Position numbers and translations under genes: made by a program. Shown piece by piece: positions 9,201 through 17,677 of a stretch of 41,514 nt of DNA. Below the pieces are notes generated by a model, which was not told where the DNA came from, did not search any database, and saw nothing but the letters and a program-made list of their open reading frames with translations. The stretch lies in IMG/VR virus record IMGVR_UViG_3300047275_000229, positions 1 through 41,514 of that record; one strand, 5' to 3'. Origin of the DNA: a virus (lineage: Duplodnaviria; Caudoviricetes). Positions within the stretch are counted from its first letter, which is position 1; each line of letters opens with the position of its first letter.

Positions 9201-11144
9201 GAAAGAATTTTAGCTAGAGTATCTGGTGCAACAGATGCTGCTTGGAAGGTTCTTGCAGCTTCCGAAAACAGACTGGTTCGTAATCCATTGTTCTTGTCAT
9301 ATACACGTGATGAGATGAAAGTGCTAATTAATGCAGCACAACGGTCTGGTATTGATGTATCAGATGCTGTTGTTAATAATGAGATTCGCCAAGTTGCATA
9401 CCGTAAAGCTCTTGCTCGTGTAGAGCAAACGCTTTACTCGTCTCGTCGTTTGACTAATGGTATGTACGTGGCGCGTTATGCTATGAGCTTCCCCTTAGCA
9501 TTCTTCAATTCACAATACGTAGCGCTTCGCCTAATGGCGAAGAACCCAATGAATGCATATTGGTATAACTCAATTATGCAGGCGTTTGATAACTACGAAG
9601 CATATGAAGATAAAGACGGAAACACTTACTCTTCAATTAAAGATGTTCCTCAAGGAACGCCAGTAACTGTTAAGTATCCATTACCATTTGGCAATAAACT
9701 TCCAGATGCGCTTAAACCATACCTAGACCCACGCGGTGGTGGTATTAAGTTTAACCCTAAGCAACTTGAGTTTATGGTTGCTGACCCATCAGTATCTTGG
9801 TTTGGAACCGTAGGTATCTCCGAACTTGTCAAAGGTGGATTCTTTGAAAACAAGTCATGGGGCAAGCATGGAGAAGATATTGCTCTAGCGCTTCGTAAAA
9901 CATTTGGTGACGATGTATATGAATCAAGTATTCTATACGGCGGTTACCCACAAGAAGGTAGTGGCTATGTAGGAACTGCATTGCAAACAATCTTGCCAGG
10001 GTATCTAGGGTCAGTATTAGATGCAGCGTATGCGCTGCGTGACGGTGGCAAGATTAAAGCAGGTGCCAGCGATAAATATATTGATGAAGTTTATACACAT
10101 TGGCGTAAAGGATATGCAGACTGGGTAGCTAATGGTCGTATCGGACAACCACCAACCATGGAGACTGCTGCTAAGTCAGCAGCTAACATGGCATTTATTC
10201 GAGCTATTGTTCAGTTTGCTGCCCCAATATCGGCAAGCTTTGACCCAGTAACTCGTGCAGCAACTGCTTACTATGCAGATTTAGTCGAGGCTGCTAATGG
10301 TGATTACAACATTGCTCAAGCAATGATGGAAGATGATTGGGGTATTGATTCCCTAGCATTGGTTGGTTCAAACCAAAAGAACATTGCTGGTATGGCAGCA
10401 ACCATGAATGACATCAAGGCACTTCGTAACAACAAAGACCTCATGATGAAGATTGGTGAAATTAATACCAAGTATGCGGGAATGCTATCTAGTGGATACG
10501 GCGATATTGCTGGAACTGGTAGTGGACCAAATGACTACTCTACTGAAATTGCTGCTATCTATAAAAGATTGAACTTCCCTGGTGGATTTCAGAATCCAAT
10601 CACTCAGAAGAAAACATCTGATGAGTTAAAGCAGGATGTCCAAGCACGAGTCGGTTGGGCTGAGTACCAAAAGGCTGTTGACTGGCGTAACTCTGTTATG
10701 TACCAGTATGGAATCGGTTCAGTTTACGAAACCAGATATGAAACAACTGGTATCAAACGTCAGTATGACGAGATGATTAAAGACATTGAAAAGGATTTTC
10801 CTAAGTGGGTCGAAGACCGAAACAATGGTCGCAAAGATTACTGGAAACAAACCATTCCAGCTATCGAAGCTATTGTCGATGACACTAAATGGAGAAGCCA
10901 TGCTTGGTCTTCTGGAAGTTCCAAGTGGGAAGAAATTGCCTTCTGGGTTTCTAGAGCTCGCCAATTCAAAGATGAATATAACGCTGCTATCAACAGTGAT
11001 GAAAGGAAGTTTGCATTGAAACAGCAATTCTCGCAGTTCCATCATGACTTCCTTCAAACTGCATCAGATGAATTTGATGCTTTTGCCACACGTTGGTTAA
11101 ACAATATGCCAGAACTAGATAAAGAATTTGTGGTGACAGAGTGA
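6195..11144 (+). CDS. Large putative internal virion (ejection) protein
   Basis: 1649 aa, GAGGAGG RBS, helical composition with coiled-coil stretch; function inferred from size and position. Confidence 0.55.
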   Translation: MSQFSQWDDPNSYIDPGQKPAPSSKIDKFKKAEDETKVGKVEQAVIPKVAGAIESAGKKPIIGKAINLGMSALGFLGEKVVQPLTQGVSSLALTPQAMAAGKGGVTESYRYAQKKAKKISMGQAVQGLVGQVAAPVLGETTSATWLKEDFNIFDQKQRDKAFRDEWSGILFSGATDLALAAFGTKGVGLAMRGTAKKVVGPKRLVTTDDMDKFRTELEDVVAQQALPATQRTQTGLSILVDDAVKETNLTKLAANPLVSETSNPYRTATIISRLDNHQDVADYLLAERGDTNAFKRFFDRRPLEADHLDNYGINDSTPITNFANVGLDRLAPELVNRYQFIINAKKAEDPNFARALDDFMEKARMGVIESYRPGKYAALESIGLGKKKLQTQALYGDLKMFGKDADGGWKTQVYQSRVYDRAIRVIAWTGSGRPQGYINISNPRKFEAANDLLSDLNRLQFLKGPEGAKFKRAMVEQYLDAQSDTQRAIVLGRIEQQVMTKLAKAYGITDMQDITSAQAAIKEMTRWHTKVNQTRQSIKDYAVKNGLIPDEDGGINIQNFLSVSNEAQNIPMLDFRRLETEVIFNARRVAGAGAKVTQGQYFGAVASTTAMNVGQLLDLANMVFSNLNLLRLAYIPKNSMVDPFARASMALESMELVKNAVPGVDNVVHNSGLLGERLKKWVPGSPQALARKQAKAAQFRVEKYSKDLAPKINEHKLAVAKYDSLDASLTKLIAARDKAKAKALKSKDVNVQNKYYELEDKITDLENQVADALDNMERLGDQVNGLSQLINRERKDWANWAKSQGNLTQKKLLGQEEEIIEVNGQTYSIQGLADPNVRGASAYMSEIDTATNFYSASMNSEIARRVRADGSRFVKIPRRDREEYMNALAHIANRQIRNELDLPVGWIMKGEKSDAEILEWMYSPAGKEFRLRIEERYGDDMQKWVSDTREKLYAMYPDEELRKIITERPVTYQEVDSMLYGRTDLLPEIDGPSLKLSDLNRPERILARVSGATDAAWKVLAASENRLVRNPLFLSYTRDEMKVLINAAQRSGIDVSDAVVNNEIRQVAYRKALARVEQTLYSSRRLTNGMYVARYAMSFPLAFFNSQYVALRLMAKNPMNAYWYNSIMQAFDNYEAYEDKDGNTYSSIKDVPQGTPVTVKYPLPFGNKLPDALKPYLDPRGGGIKFNPKQLEFMVADPSVSWFGTVGISELVKGGFFENKSWGKHGEDIALALRKTFGDDVYESSILYGGYPQEGSGYVGTALQTILPGYLGSVLDAAYALRDGGKIKAGASDKYIDEVYTHWRKGYADWVANGRIGQPPTMETAAKSAANMAFIRAIVQFAAPISASFDPVTRAATAYYADLVEAANGDYNIAQAMMEDDWGIDSLALVGSNQKNIAGMAATMNDIKALRNNKDLMMKIGEINTKYAGMLSSGYGDIAGTGSGPNDYSTEIAAIYKRLNFPGGFQNPITQKKTSDELKQDVQARVGWAEYQKAVDWRNSVMYQYGIGSVYETRYETTGIKRQYDEMIKDIEKDFPKWVEDRNNGRKDYWKQTIPAIEAIVDDTKWRSHAWSSGSSKWEEIAFWVSRARQFKDEYNAAINSDERKFALKQQFSQFHHDFLQTASDEFDAFATRWLNNMPELDKEFVVTE

Positions 11145-11953
11145 AAGAACCAAAACGTATAGATTTTCCTAAAGGGAAAAAGGGCGAAGATGCCTACAAC
11201 AAGGCAAGAGCAGAATATTACAAATGGTTACAAGACCAAACCAATAGACAAACTGGTATGGATTTACCAGCAATTGACTTGCCTGGAATGGGACCAAGTT
11301 CTGGCACTCGCAGCCCTAGCGATGTCGAAGCTAAACGTTGGTTTAAGTTCGTTGGCGCTACCGCTAAAAAGGGAACGGCTAACCGTAAATACTATGATGA
11401 TTTTACCAATTATCTAAAGCGAGCTGGCGTTCCACAAAAGTATTGGCAAGGCGTTTGGGAAGATGCTATTGATTGGACTCAGACTTATGGGTCTGGTTCA
11501 GATGGCAAGCCTATCAAGTTTCTTGATGTATGGACTCCGTCTAACTATGCAGACCAGACAAAGCAATACGGCACAACTAAAACAATGCAGGAGACTGTAA
11601 CCAATTACAGCACATCGTCTGCTGCTGCCGACATTACACAAGCGTATAAATCAGAACTTGGTTTTGAACCTGGTGCAGCGGATATCGCTGCATACCGCAA
11701 AGCAGTTAATAAGACTGCCAAAGGCGAACCAGCAAAATATTCTGGTACAACTACAACAGCGCCTGGTAAAGGCGGTGTAGACACTTCTACAACCAAGGCA
11801 ACCAGTGGTACTGGGTTTGACCCAACCCGCTTTGCTATTGAGTATGCAAGAGCTAATCCAGAATATGCAGAAAACTACGCTGCTAGAAACTTTATCAATC
11901 TTATTGACCAGGCGTTATCAGACCCTAACCGTATTGGACAGGTGGTTCAATAA
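11141..11953 (+). CDS. Hypothetical protein, probable internal virion protein
   Basis: 270 aa, GTGA overlap with previous gene. Confidence 0.6.
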   Translation: MKEPKRIDFPKGKKGEDAYNKARAEYYKWLQDQTNRQTGMDLPAIDLPGMGPSSGTRSPSDVEAKRWFKFVGATAKKGTANRKYYDDFTNYLKRAGVPQKYWQGVWEDAIDWTQTYGSGSDGKPIKFLDVWTPSNYADQTKQYGTTKTMQETVTNYSTSSAAADITQAYKSELGFEPGAADIAAYRKAVNKTAKGEPAKYSGTTTTAPGKGGVDTSTTKATSGTGFDPTRFAIEYARANPEYAENYAARNFINLIDQALSDPNRIGQVVQ

Positions 11954-13221
11954 TGGCTAAAACAGTATCAGTTAAAAAAGGCGAAACGCTTTCAGCAATT
12001 GCTAAAGCTAACGGAGTTAGCCTACAAGCATTGATTGCTGCAAACCCACAAATTAAAAATCCTAATACAATAACAGTTGGGCAGAAGGTTGTTATTCCTG
12101 ATGCTACAGAAACAGCTGCAGAAACTAATAAGAAGCTTGCGGTTGAGCCAACCAAGAATACATTTGACCCAGCAACGTTTAGAATACGTGAAGCTAATGC
12201 CGACCTAAAGGTTCAAGATGGGGTTAAGATTCCAGCTTTGGATACACCAAAGGCAGATACCTTATACAAGAACTTGCCACAGGATACTCTTGATGACAAT
12301 GCATTAGCTGCAAGATTCAGTATTGCTGCATCAATTCTTAATCAAGACGAGTCGTTAAAGAAGGTACTTAACCAGATTTTAGCAAAGAAGGTAACAGACC
12401 CTAACCTTCAAATGGCTATGCTTAAGGAAACAGACTGGTTTAAAAATAATACAGACGACTGGCGCAAGTATCAATTTTATAAAGACTCAAACCCTGCTAC
12501 ATACCAGGCTGACTTACAGAAAAATGCTGAAGCATTTATTCGTAAGTACCATGCAATGGGTGTAAAGATTGACGCTCCTACAGCCATCAAGCTTGCAGAG
12601 CAAGCAATGATGAAGTCTGCCAATGTTAACGGTGCCATTGTTAATTATGATGAGAACTACTTCAACCAGATAATGGCTAACTCTCTCGACTTTAGTAAGA
12701 AGAGAACCTTGCCTAATGGCAAGATTGTTTACGACTTAAGCGGTAAGACAGAGACTATAGCAAATACACTATATAAGACAGCATGGGATTATGGATACCA
12801 AGCATCCGTATCTAATAAAGGATTCTCAAGCTGGTTAGAAAATAACGTTAAGGGTCTTATTGCTGGAACAATTAATCCAGAAGATGTAGACAATGAACTG
12901 CAATCTAGAGCCAAGTCAATGTTCCCTGGTCTTGCTAGCCAGATTAGCGCAGGTCAAACCCTACGTCAGGCAGCTGACCCATGGATTAATGCGTTAGCAA
13001 ATGAGTGGGAAGAAGACCCATACTCAATGGATTTGAATGATGACTTCTTGTATCGAGTACTTAACTATCAAGATGAAAAGGGAAATGTTTCCCCAATGAG
13101 TCTTTATCAAGCAAAAGTCATGGCTCGCCGTAGTCCTAAATGGCAGTACACAAGTAAAGCAAAAGAAGAGTATACAAATATCGGGCAGAAGATTCTGCAA
13201 GATTTCGGATTCTTAGGATAA
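11953..13221 (+). CDS. N-terminal LysM domain protein, probable virion protein
   Basis: VSVKKGETLSAIAKANGVSLQALIAANPQIKNPNTITVGQKVVIP is a canonical LysM. Confidence 0.85.
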   Translation: MAKTVSVKKGETLSAIAKANGVSLQALIAANPQIKNPNTITVGQKVVIPDATETAAETNKKLAVEPTKNTFDPATFRIREANADLKVQDGVKIPALDTPKADTLYKNLPQDTLDDNALAARFSIAASILNQDESLKKVLNQILAKKVTDPNLQMAMLKETDWFKNNTDDWRKYQFYKDSNPATYQADLQKNAEAFIRKYHAMGVKIDAPTAIKLAEQAMMKSANVNGAIVNYDENYFNQIMANSLDFSKKRTLPNGKIVYDLSGKTETIANTLYKTAWDYGYQASVSNKGFSSWLENNVKGLIAGTINPEDVDNELQSRAKSMFPGLASQISAGQTLRQAADPWINALANEWEEDPYSMDLNDDFLYRVLNYQDEKGNVSPMSLYQAKVMARRSPKWQYTSKAKEEYTNIGQKILQDFGFLG

Positions 13222-13224
13222 CCA

Positions 13225-14688
13225 ATGCCTCTATATGAAAACTTGATTGACTCTGGTATAGAACTGCCTTCAGTTAAAGCCGAAGCAGATGCTGCTGCAT
13301 CTGGTAAGCCTTTTAGCATTGCTGACTGGAGAGCTGCCGAAGAAAAGTCTATGGGTGATTATACCCCAACAACTGAATACATTAATACCGATGAACGTGA
13401 TGTATTAGAGACAAAGCGTATGCTAGCTGCAAATCAGGAGCTTGGGCAATTCCAAACTACTGAAGACCCTAATAAGGCATTGCTTGACCAGATTAATTCA
13501 TTAACAGACCAGGTCAATAAAGATACAAAGAAAATTGCTAGTGGTAAAACTTCCACGAAAGTTGCCTCAACAAGTCTAAACGATACGCTTGCAAAGTTAC
13601 TTGAAATCCTTGCTGCTGCTGCAGCAGGCGGTGGACTAAGTGATGGTGGTAGCGGAGGCGGTGGAGGCGGTGGCGGTGGACGCTCCGTTGTCGGAGTGGT
13701 TACTCGCCGTAAAACTGGTGGCATTGTTCAGACTGTTCAAATCTGGTCAGATGGAACTGAAACTGTTATTGATGAGTATAAAGATAATTCTGCTCGTGAC
13801 TCGGTTATGGCTATGTTCCAGAACCTTGGTCTTGGCGATGAATTTTTAAACTCACTAATGGGAACTATTGACAAAGTATATGCTGACAATATTGCACCTA
13901 CCGATGCTCAAATATTAAATTCAATTTATTCAAGCGACGCATACAAGAAAAGATTTGCTGGTAATGAAATTATTAGAAAGCGTATGGCTGATGGTAAAGG
14001 TGAGCCAGGAGATAGGCTTTTAACCCCAGCAGAATATATTAAGACAGAAGCTGCCTATAAAGAGCTTATGTCTGAAGCTGGTTTGCCAGCTGGGTTCTAT
14101 GACCAACCAGAAGACTTCTCTAAGTTTATTGCTGAACTTGGTACATCCGTTGCTGAAATTAGCGAACGTGTAAACATTGCCAAGGCAGCATTGCAAAATG
14201 CTGACCAATATATTAAAGACTCTTTAAAGACTTATTACGGATGGTCAGAAGGCGACATGGTCGCATACCTACTTGATTCTGAAAGAGCGTTTGACGCAAT
14301 CAATTCTAGATTCCGTTATACAACTACAGAACTTAAAGAGGCTTACACAGAAGCCGAAATCGGTGGTTCAGCACTTCGTGCTGGTATCGAAGGTGGTATC
14401 ACCAAGCAGTTTGCTGAAGAGATTTCTAAAGCTGGTAAGGCTTCCATGGCGGAAGAAACCTTCCAGACAACCGCTCGTCAACAAGCTGATTACGAAAGAT
14501 TGCTTGGTCTATTTGGTGAAAAGACAACCAAGGAAGACCTTGCTCGTGAACGCCTTGGCTTAGCAGGTGGAGCAGAAGTTGGCATTAAAGCCAAGAAGCT
14601 TGCCTCTAGAGAAAGAGCTCGATTTGAAACCAGAAGTGCGGTTGACCGTACTTCACTTGGTCCACGTCTGAAGACACCAGACATTTAA
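13225..14688 (+). CDS. Hypothetical protein, probable internal virion protein, with poly-Ala/poly-Gly linker
   Basis: 487 aa; AAAAAGGGLSDGGSGGGGGGGGG linker. Confidence 0.6.
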   Translation: MPLYENLIDSGIELPSVKAEADAAASGKPFSIADWRAAEEKSMGDYTPTTEYINTDERDVLETKRMLAANQELGQFQTTEDPNKALLDQINSLTDQVNKDTKKIASGKTSTKVASTSLNDTLAKLLEILAAAAAGGGLSDGGSGGGGGGGGGRSVVGVVTRRKTGGIVQTVQIWSDGTETVIDEYKDNSARDSVMAMFQNLGLGDEFLNSLMGTIDKVYADNIAPTDAQILNSIYSSDAYKKRFAGNEIIRKRMADGKGEPGDRLLTPAEYIKTEAAYKELMSEAGLPAGFYDQPEDFSKFIAELGTSVAEISERVNIAKAALQNADQYIKDSLKTYYGWSEGDMVAYLLDSERAFDAINSRFRYTTTELKEAYTEAEIGGSALRAGIEGGITKQFAEEISKAGKASMAEETFQTTARQQADYERLLGLFGEKTTKEDLARERLGLAGGAEVGIKAKKLASRERARFETRSAVDRTSLGPRLKTPDI

Positions 14689-14806
14689 TAGATTCCATCC
14701 CAGACCGTCCAGCCCTGGTGATGTGTATAAGACTGGAAGTCATCACGTCTACGAATCAGTACCCCTGCTGAGGAGTACGTGTGGTGCAAAGTCCGCAGAG
14801 GACTTA
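14689..14806 (+). ncRNA. Candidate structured cis-regulatory RNA upstream of scaffold/capsid genes
   Basis: Several complementary segments including a potential pseudoknot (TCCAG/CTGGA) and an AAGTCC/GGACTT hairpin in the longest gap of the structural operon. Confidence 0.4.
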
Positions 14807-14829
14807 ACTACTAATAAGGGAGAAAAACA

Positions 14830-15279
14830 ATGGCAGAAGAATACCTAGAGTACGACTTCGAAGATGAAGACAATGGAAGCGGAACTGATTTAGTTAAGAA
14901 GCTCCGCAAGCAAATCGACGCATTAACCAAACAGGTTAAAGAACGCGACGAAATTCTTGCAGAGTACACAACGCTAAGTCACGAAGCATCAGTTGGAGAA
15001 ATCTTAGAACAGTTCGGACTTAATCCACGAATCGCTCAATTCATCCCAGATGATGTTGAGGCAGACGAGGATGCAGTAGCCGAATGGCTAAACGAATACG
15101 GCGATGCATTTGGTATCGAAGCCGTTGCTGAGGAGACACCGTCTCCAGATGCTCAAGCATATGAGCAAATGTCAGACTTTGACAATGGTGATGTTGACCC
15201 ATACGTGGGTCAAGACCTATCTTCTCGTATAGCGAACGCAAGTTCACCAGAGGAGTTAGGCAAACTACTCAGAGGCTGA
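14830..15279 (+). CDS. Capsid scaffolding protein
   Basis: Acidic 149 aa with N-terminal coiled coil, immediately upstream of capsid gene; AAGGGAG RBS. Confidence 0.7.
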   Translation: MAEEYLEYDFEDEDNGSGTDLVKKLRKQIDALTKQVKERDEILAEYTTLSHEASVGEILEQFGLNPRIAQFIPDDVEADEDAVAEWLNEYGDAFGIEAVAEETPSPDAQAYEQMSDFDNGDVDPYVGQDLSSRIANASSPEELGKLLRG

Positions 15280-15312
15280 CAAACCCCAAGTCAACCTAAT
15301 TAGAAGGAAATC

Positions 15313-16287
15313 ATGCCTACAACACCCGCAACATCAACTACGACATCGACGATGTCGAACTTGATTCAGACGGCGTATGACAAGTACATTGAGTTTAACC
15401 TTCGTTCAGAACCAATGTTCCGCAAATTTGCGGACAAGCGTCCTGTCGATGTAACAAACCCAGGTAACACCGTCGTCTTCCAGGTCTACAAGGACCTATC
15501 ACGTGCAACTACTGCACTAACCCAGACACAAGACCCAGATGCAGTAACTTTGTCAAACACTGACAAGGTTAACGTAACTGTTGATGAATACGGTAATGCC
15601 GTTATCACAACTGAGCGCTTGGCTCTTGAGTCTCTTTCAGCTATCGACCCAGCTGTTGCTGACATGTTGTCATTCAACATGCGTGACTCTCTAGACTCAC
15701 TAGTCTGGGGCAAGCTCACATCTCTTGCAACAATGCGCTATACAGGAACTACATCTGCTGATGAGTCAACACTCAACGGACAAGATGTATCTTCATCAAC
15801 CACAGCTCCATACATCACTGCAGCTCTTGCTCGCCGTGGTGTTGCTAAGCTTCGTGGTGCATCTGTACAGCCACGCGAAGGTGGACTCTACACAGCACTT
15901 ATTCACCCAGATGTTTCTTATGACCTTCGTTCAGAAGCTCAGAGCTCTGGTTCTGCTGTATGGCAGTTGCCTCACACCTACACCGAAGCTGGCGTAGCTA
16001 ACCTATGGAATGGTGAAATCGGTATTTACGACCAGGTTCGTTATATCGAATCTCCACGCTGCGAATCTATCTCAGGTTCTGGCACATCCAAGGTATACGC
16101 AACTGTTCTACTTGGTAAGCAGGCTCTTATTGAGGCTGTTTCATACGAACCAAAGACAGTTATCGGTCCTGTAACAGATAAGTTAATGCGCTTCCGTCCT
16201 GCTGGCTGGAAGGGACTACTCGGTTGGAACATCTTCCGTACCGAAGCCCGCTATGTCATCAAGACAAAGTCAAGCATCGCTTCCTAG
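15313..16287 (+). CDS. Major capsid protein
   Basis: 324 aa; segments EYGNAV, IHPDVSYDLR, GEIG..DQVRYIESP, GPVTDKLMRF resemble N4-gp56-like capsids; follows scaffold, followed by hairpin. Confidence 0.88.
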   Translation: MPTTPATSTTTSTMSNLIQTAYDKYIEFNLRSEPMFRKFADKRPVDVTNPGNTVVFQVYKDLSRATTALTQTQDPDAVTLSNTDKVNVTVDEYGNAVITTERLALESLSAIDPAVADMLSFNMRDSLDSLVWGKLTSLATMRYTGTTSADESTLNGQDVSSSTTAPYITAALARRGVAKLRGASVQPREGGLYTALIHPDVSYDLRSEAQSSGSAVWQLPHTYTEAGVANLWNGEIGIYDQVRYIESPRCESISGSGTSKVYATVLLGKQALIEAVSYEPKTVIGPVTDKLMRFRPAGWKGLLGWNIFRTEARYVIKTKSSIAS

Positions 16288-16297
16288 TTTACATAGT

Positions 16298-16323
16298 AAG
16301 AGGGGCAGGCAACTGCCCCTCTT
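16298..16323 (+). terminator. Stem-loop after capsid gene (terminator or stabiliser)
   Basis: AAGAGGGGCAG-GCAA-CTGCCCCTCTT, 11-bp stem with GNRA loop, weak U-tract. Confidence 0.7.
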
Positions 16324-16338
16324 CACATAAGGAGATAA

Positions 16339-16548
16339 ATGGCGGAAAAGAAGAAGGCAGAAGAATTACCTCTTGACCTGTTTACGCCGTTGCAAGAATA
16401 TGCACACCAAGCACATGAGTTGTATAACTCATTTGCAGAAGCAGGTTTCACAGAAGGCGAAGCATGGGAACTAATGATTCGCCACCTCCCAGAATGGGAT
16501 TTAGAAGCACCAGATTTTATTGAAATAGATGAAGAACAGGAAGAATAA
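16339..16548 (+). CDS. Small acidic hypothetical protein
   Basis: AAGGAG RBS, 69 aa. Confidence 0.75.
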   Translation: MAEKKKAEELPLDLFTPLQEYAHQAHELYNSFAEAGFTEGEAWELMIRHLPEWDLEAPDFIEIDEEQEE

Positions 16549-16550
16549 CA

Positions 16551-16598
16551 ATGGCTAAGAAATGCAAAAAGTGTGGAAAAGCGAAGTGTAAGTGCTAA
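16551..16598 (+). CDS. Putative 15-aa Lys/Cys micro-peptide
   Basis: MAKKCKKCGKAKCKC*, AGGA upstream, TAATG overlap with next gene. Confidence 0.5.
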   Translation: MAKKCKKCGKAKCKC

Positions 16599-16777
16599 TG
16601 AATGCTAAAAAAGTAGGCATAGTTATGCGCGAATTTAAAAAAGGAAAGCTACATTCAGGCAGTAAAAAAGGACCAAAGGTTACCTCACGCAAGCAAGCAG
16701 TTGCTATTGCCATGAGCGAAGCTGGAATGGCTAAGCCAAAGGCAAAGGTTAAAAAACCTAAAGTAAAGAAGAAGTAA
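16598..16777 (+). CDS. Small basic protein, DUF6496-like
   Basis: KVGIVMREFKKGKLHSG...KVTSRKQAVAIAMSEAG motif; TAATG-coupled start. Confidence 0.7.
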   Translation: MNAKKVGIVMREFKKGKLHSGSKKGPKVTSRKQAVAIAMSEAGMAKPKAKVKKPKVKKK

Positions 16778-16932
16778 TGTCATCTGGTCAATACAAACCA
16801 CACCATGGTTTTAATCGAATGCAAATTAAAGATGGCATGGTCGTTCGTCTTAACAAAGATGGACGTATAAAAGCAGTACTCGGAAAAATTGGAGAGTATA
16901 AAAAGAATGGCGAACCAAGACCCAAGGCTTAA
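16777..16932 (+). CDS. Small basic hypothetical protein (51 aa; not in ORF track)
   Basis: TAATG-coupled start, MSSGQYKPHHGFN...PRPKA*. Confidence 0.6.
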   Translation: MSSGQYKPHHGFNRMQIKDGMVVRLNKDGRIKAVLGKIGEYKKNGEPRPKA

Positions 16933-17191
16933 GAGAGCTGGAGTATCTGGCTTTAATCAACCTAAACGTACACCTGGTCATCCGACCAAGTCCCATGTTG
17001 TTGTCGCTAAATCTGGTGGTCAAGTTAAAACTATCCGATTTGGTCAACAAGGTGTAAGTGGTTCACCTCAAAAAACAGGCGAAGGCAAAGCCTATCGCCA
17101 GCGTCGCCAATCCTTTAAAGCTCGTCATGCTAAGAACATAGCTAAAGGTGCCATGTCAGCAGCATATTGGGCAGACAAGGTTAAATGGTAA
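16907..17191 (+). CDS. Basic hypothetical phage protein
   Basis: GGAG RBS before ATG 16907; KTIRFGQQG and SFKARH..AAYWADKVKW motifs recalled from aquatic phage proteins. Confidence 0.7.
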   Translation: MANQDPRLKRAGVSGFNQPKRTPGHPTKSHVVVAKSGGQVKTIRFGQQGVSGSPQKTGEGKAYRQRRQSFKARHAKNIAKGAMSAAYWADKVKW

Positions 17192-17448
17192 TGGCAAAAA
17201 TTTTTCGCGGACCAACAATGAGAATTAAACTTGGATTAGAAAATGACCTTTGGTTTGTATCTTATCCATGGGGAAAGACTGTTGTTAAAAGCACCAGTGG
17301 TGTATGGTCAACAATTGTTTCACCACAAGACAATACTCTTTCAGGCTATGCCCGCGTATTACGCGGTGGTTATGACAATCCAATTACAGATGCAGAAGCA
17401 GCTGAGTTAACCGCTGCAGGTTATGGTGATTACATTGTCGAAGTGTAG
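17191..17448 (+). CDS. Hypothetical protein
   Basis: TAATG-coupled ORF in structural operon. Confidence 0.65.
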   Translation: MAKIFRGPTMRIKLGLENDLWFVSYPWGKTVVKSTSGVWSTIVSPQDNTLSGYARVLRGGYDNPITDAEAAELTAAGYGDYIVEV

Positions 17449-17677
17449 AAGTGGCTGCCCAACTCAAGACCATGAGTCATGGGGCGAATGTGCTCGTGCA
17501 TCCAATATTGGTATCAGTAATGAAGCTGCAGCATCGGTACTCAAAAACACCGACAGAGAATTAAGTGCATACCGTGATGCTCGCAAGTTAGGTATCCAAC
17601 CAGCATCTACCAAAATGAAAGACATACAAAAAGCAGTCAGGGCATCTGACGTTATTGGAAGGGCAGCGCAAGCATAA
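17423..17677 (+). CDS. Hypothetical protein with Cys/His cluster
   Basis: CRSGCPTQDHESWGEC; exact start uncertain. Confidence 0.6.
   Translation: MVITLSKCRSGCPTQDHESWGECARASNIGISNEAAASVLKNTDRELSAYRDARKLGIQPASTKMKDIQKAVRASDVIGRAAQA

Noticed and set aside
6195-11144. Virion RNA polymerase call
   Set aside because: No convincing DxDGD or single-subunit polymerase motifs by eye; kept only as a hypothesis to test
13613-13680. GCT/GGC-type low-complexity repeat as a contingency locus
   Set aside because: Mixed codons encoding an Ala/Gly linker, not a pure tandem repeat
14689-14829. tRNA gene
   Set aside because: No cloverleaf with T-loop consensus or acceptor stem seen here or in other gaps
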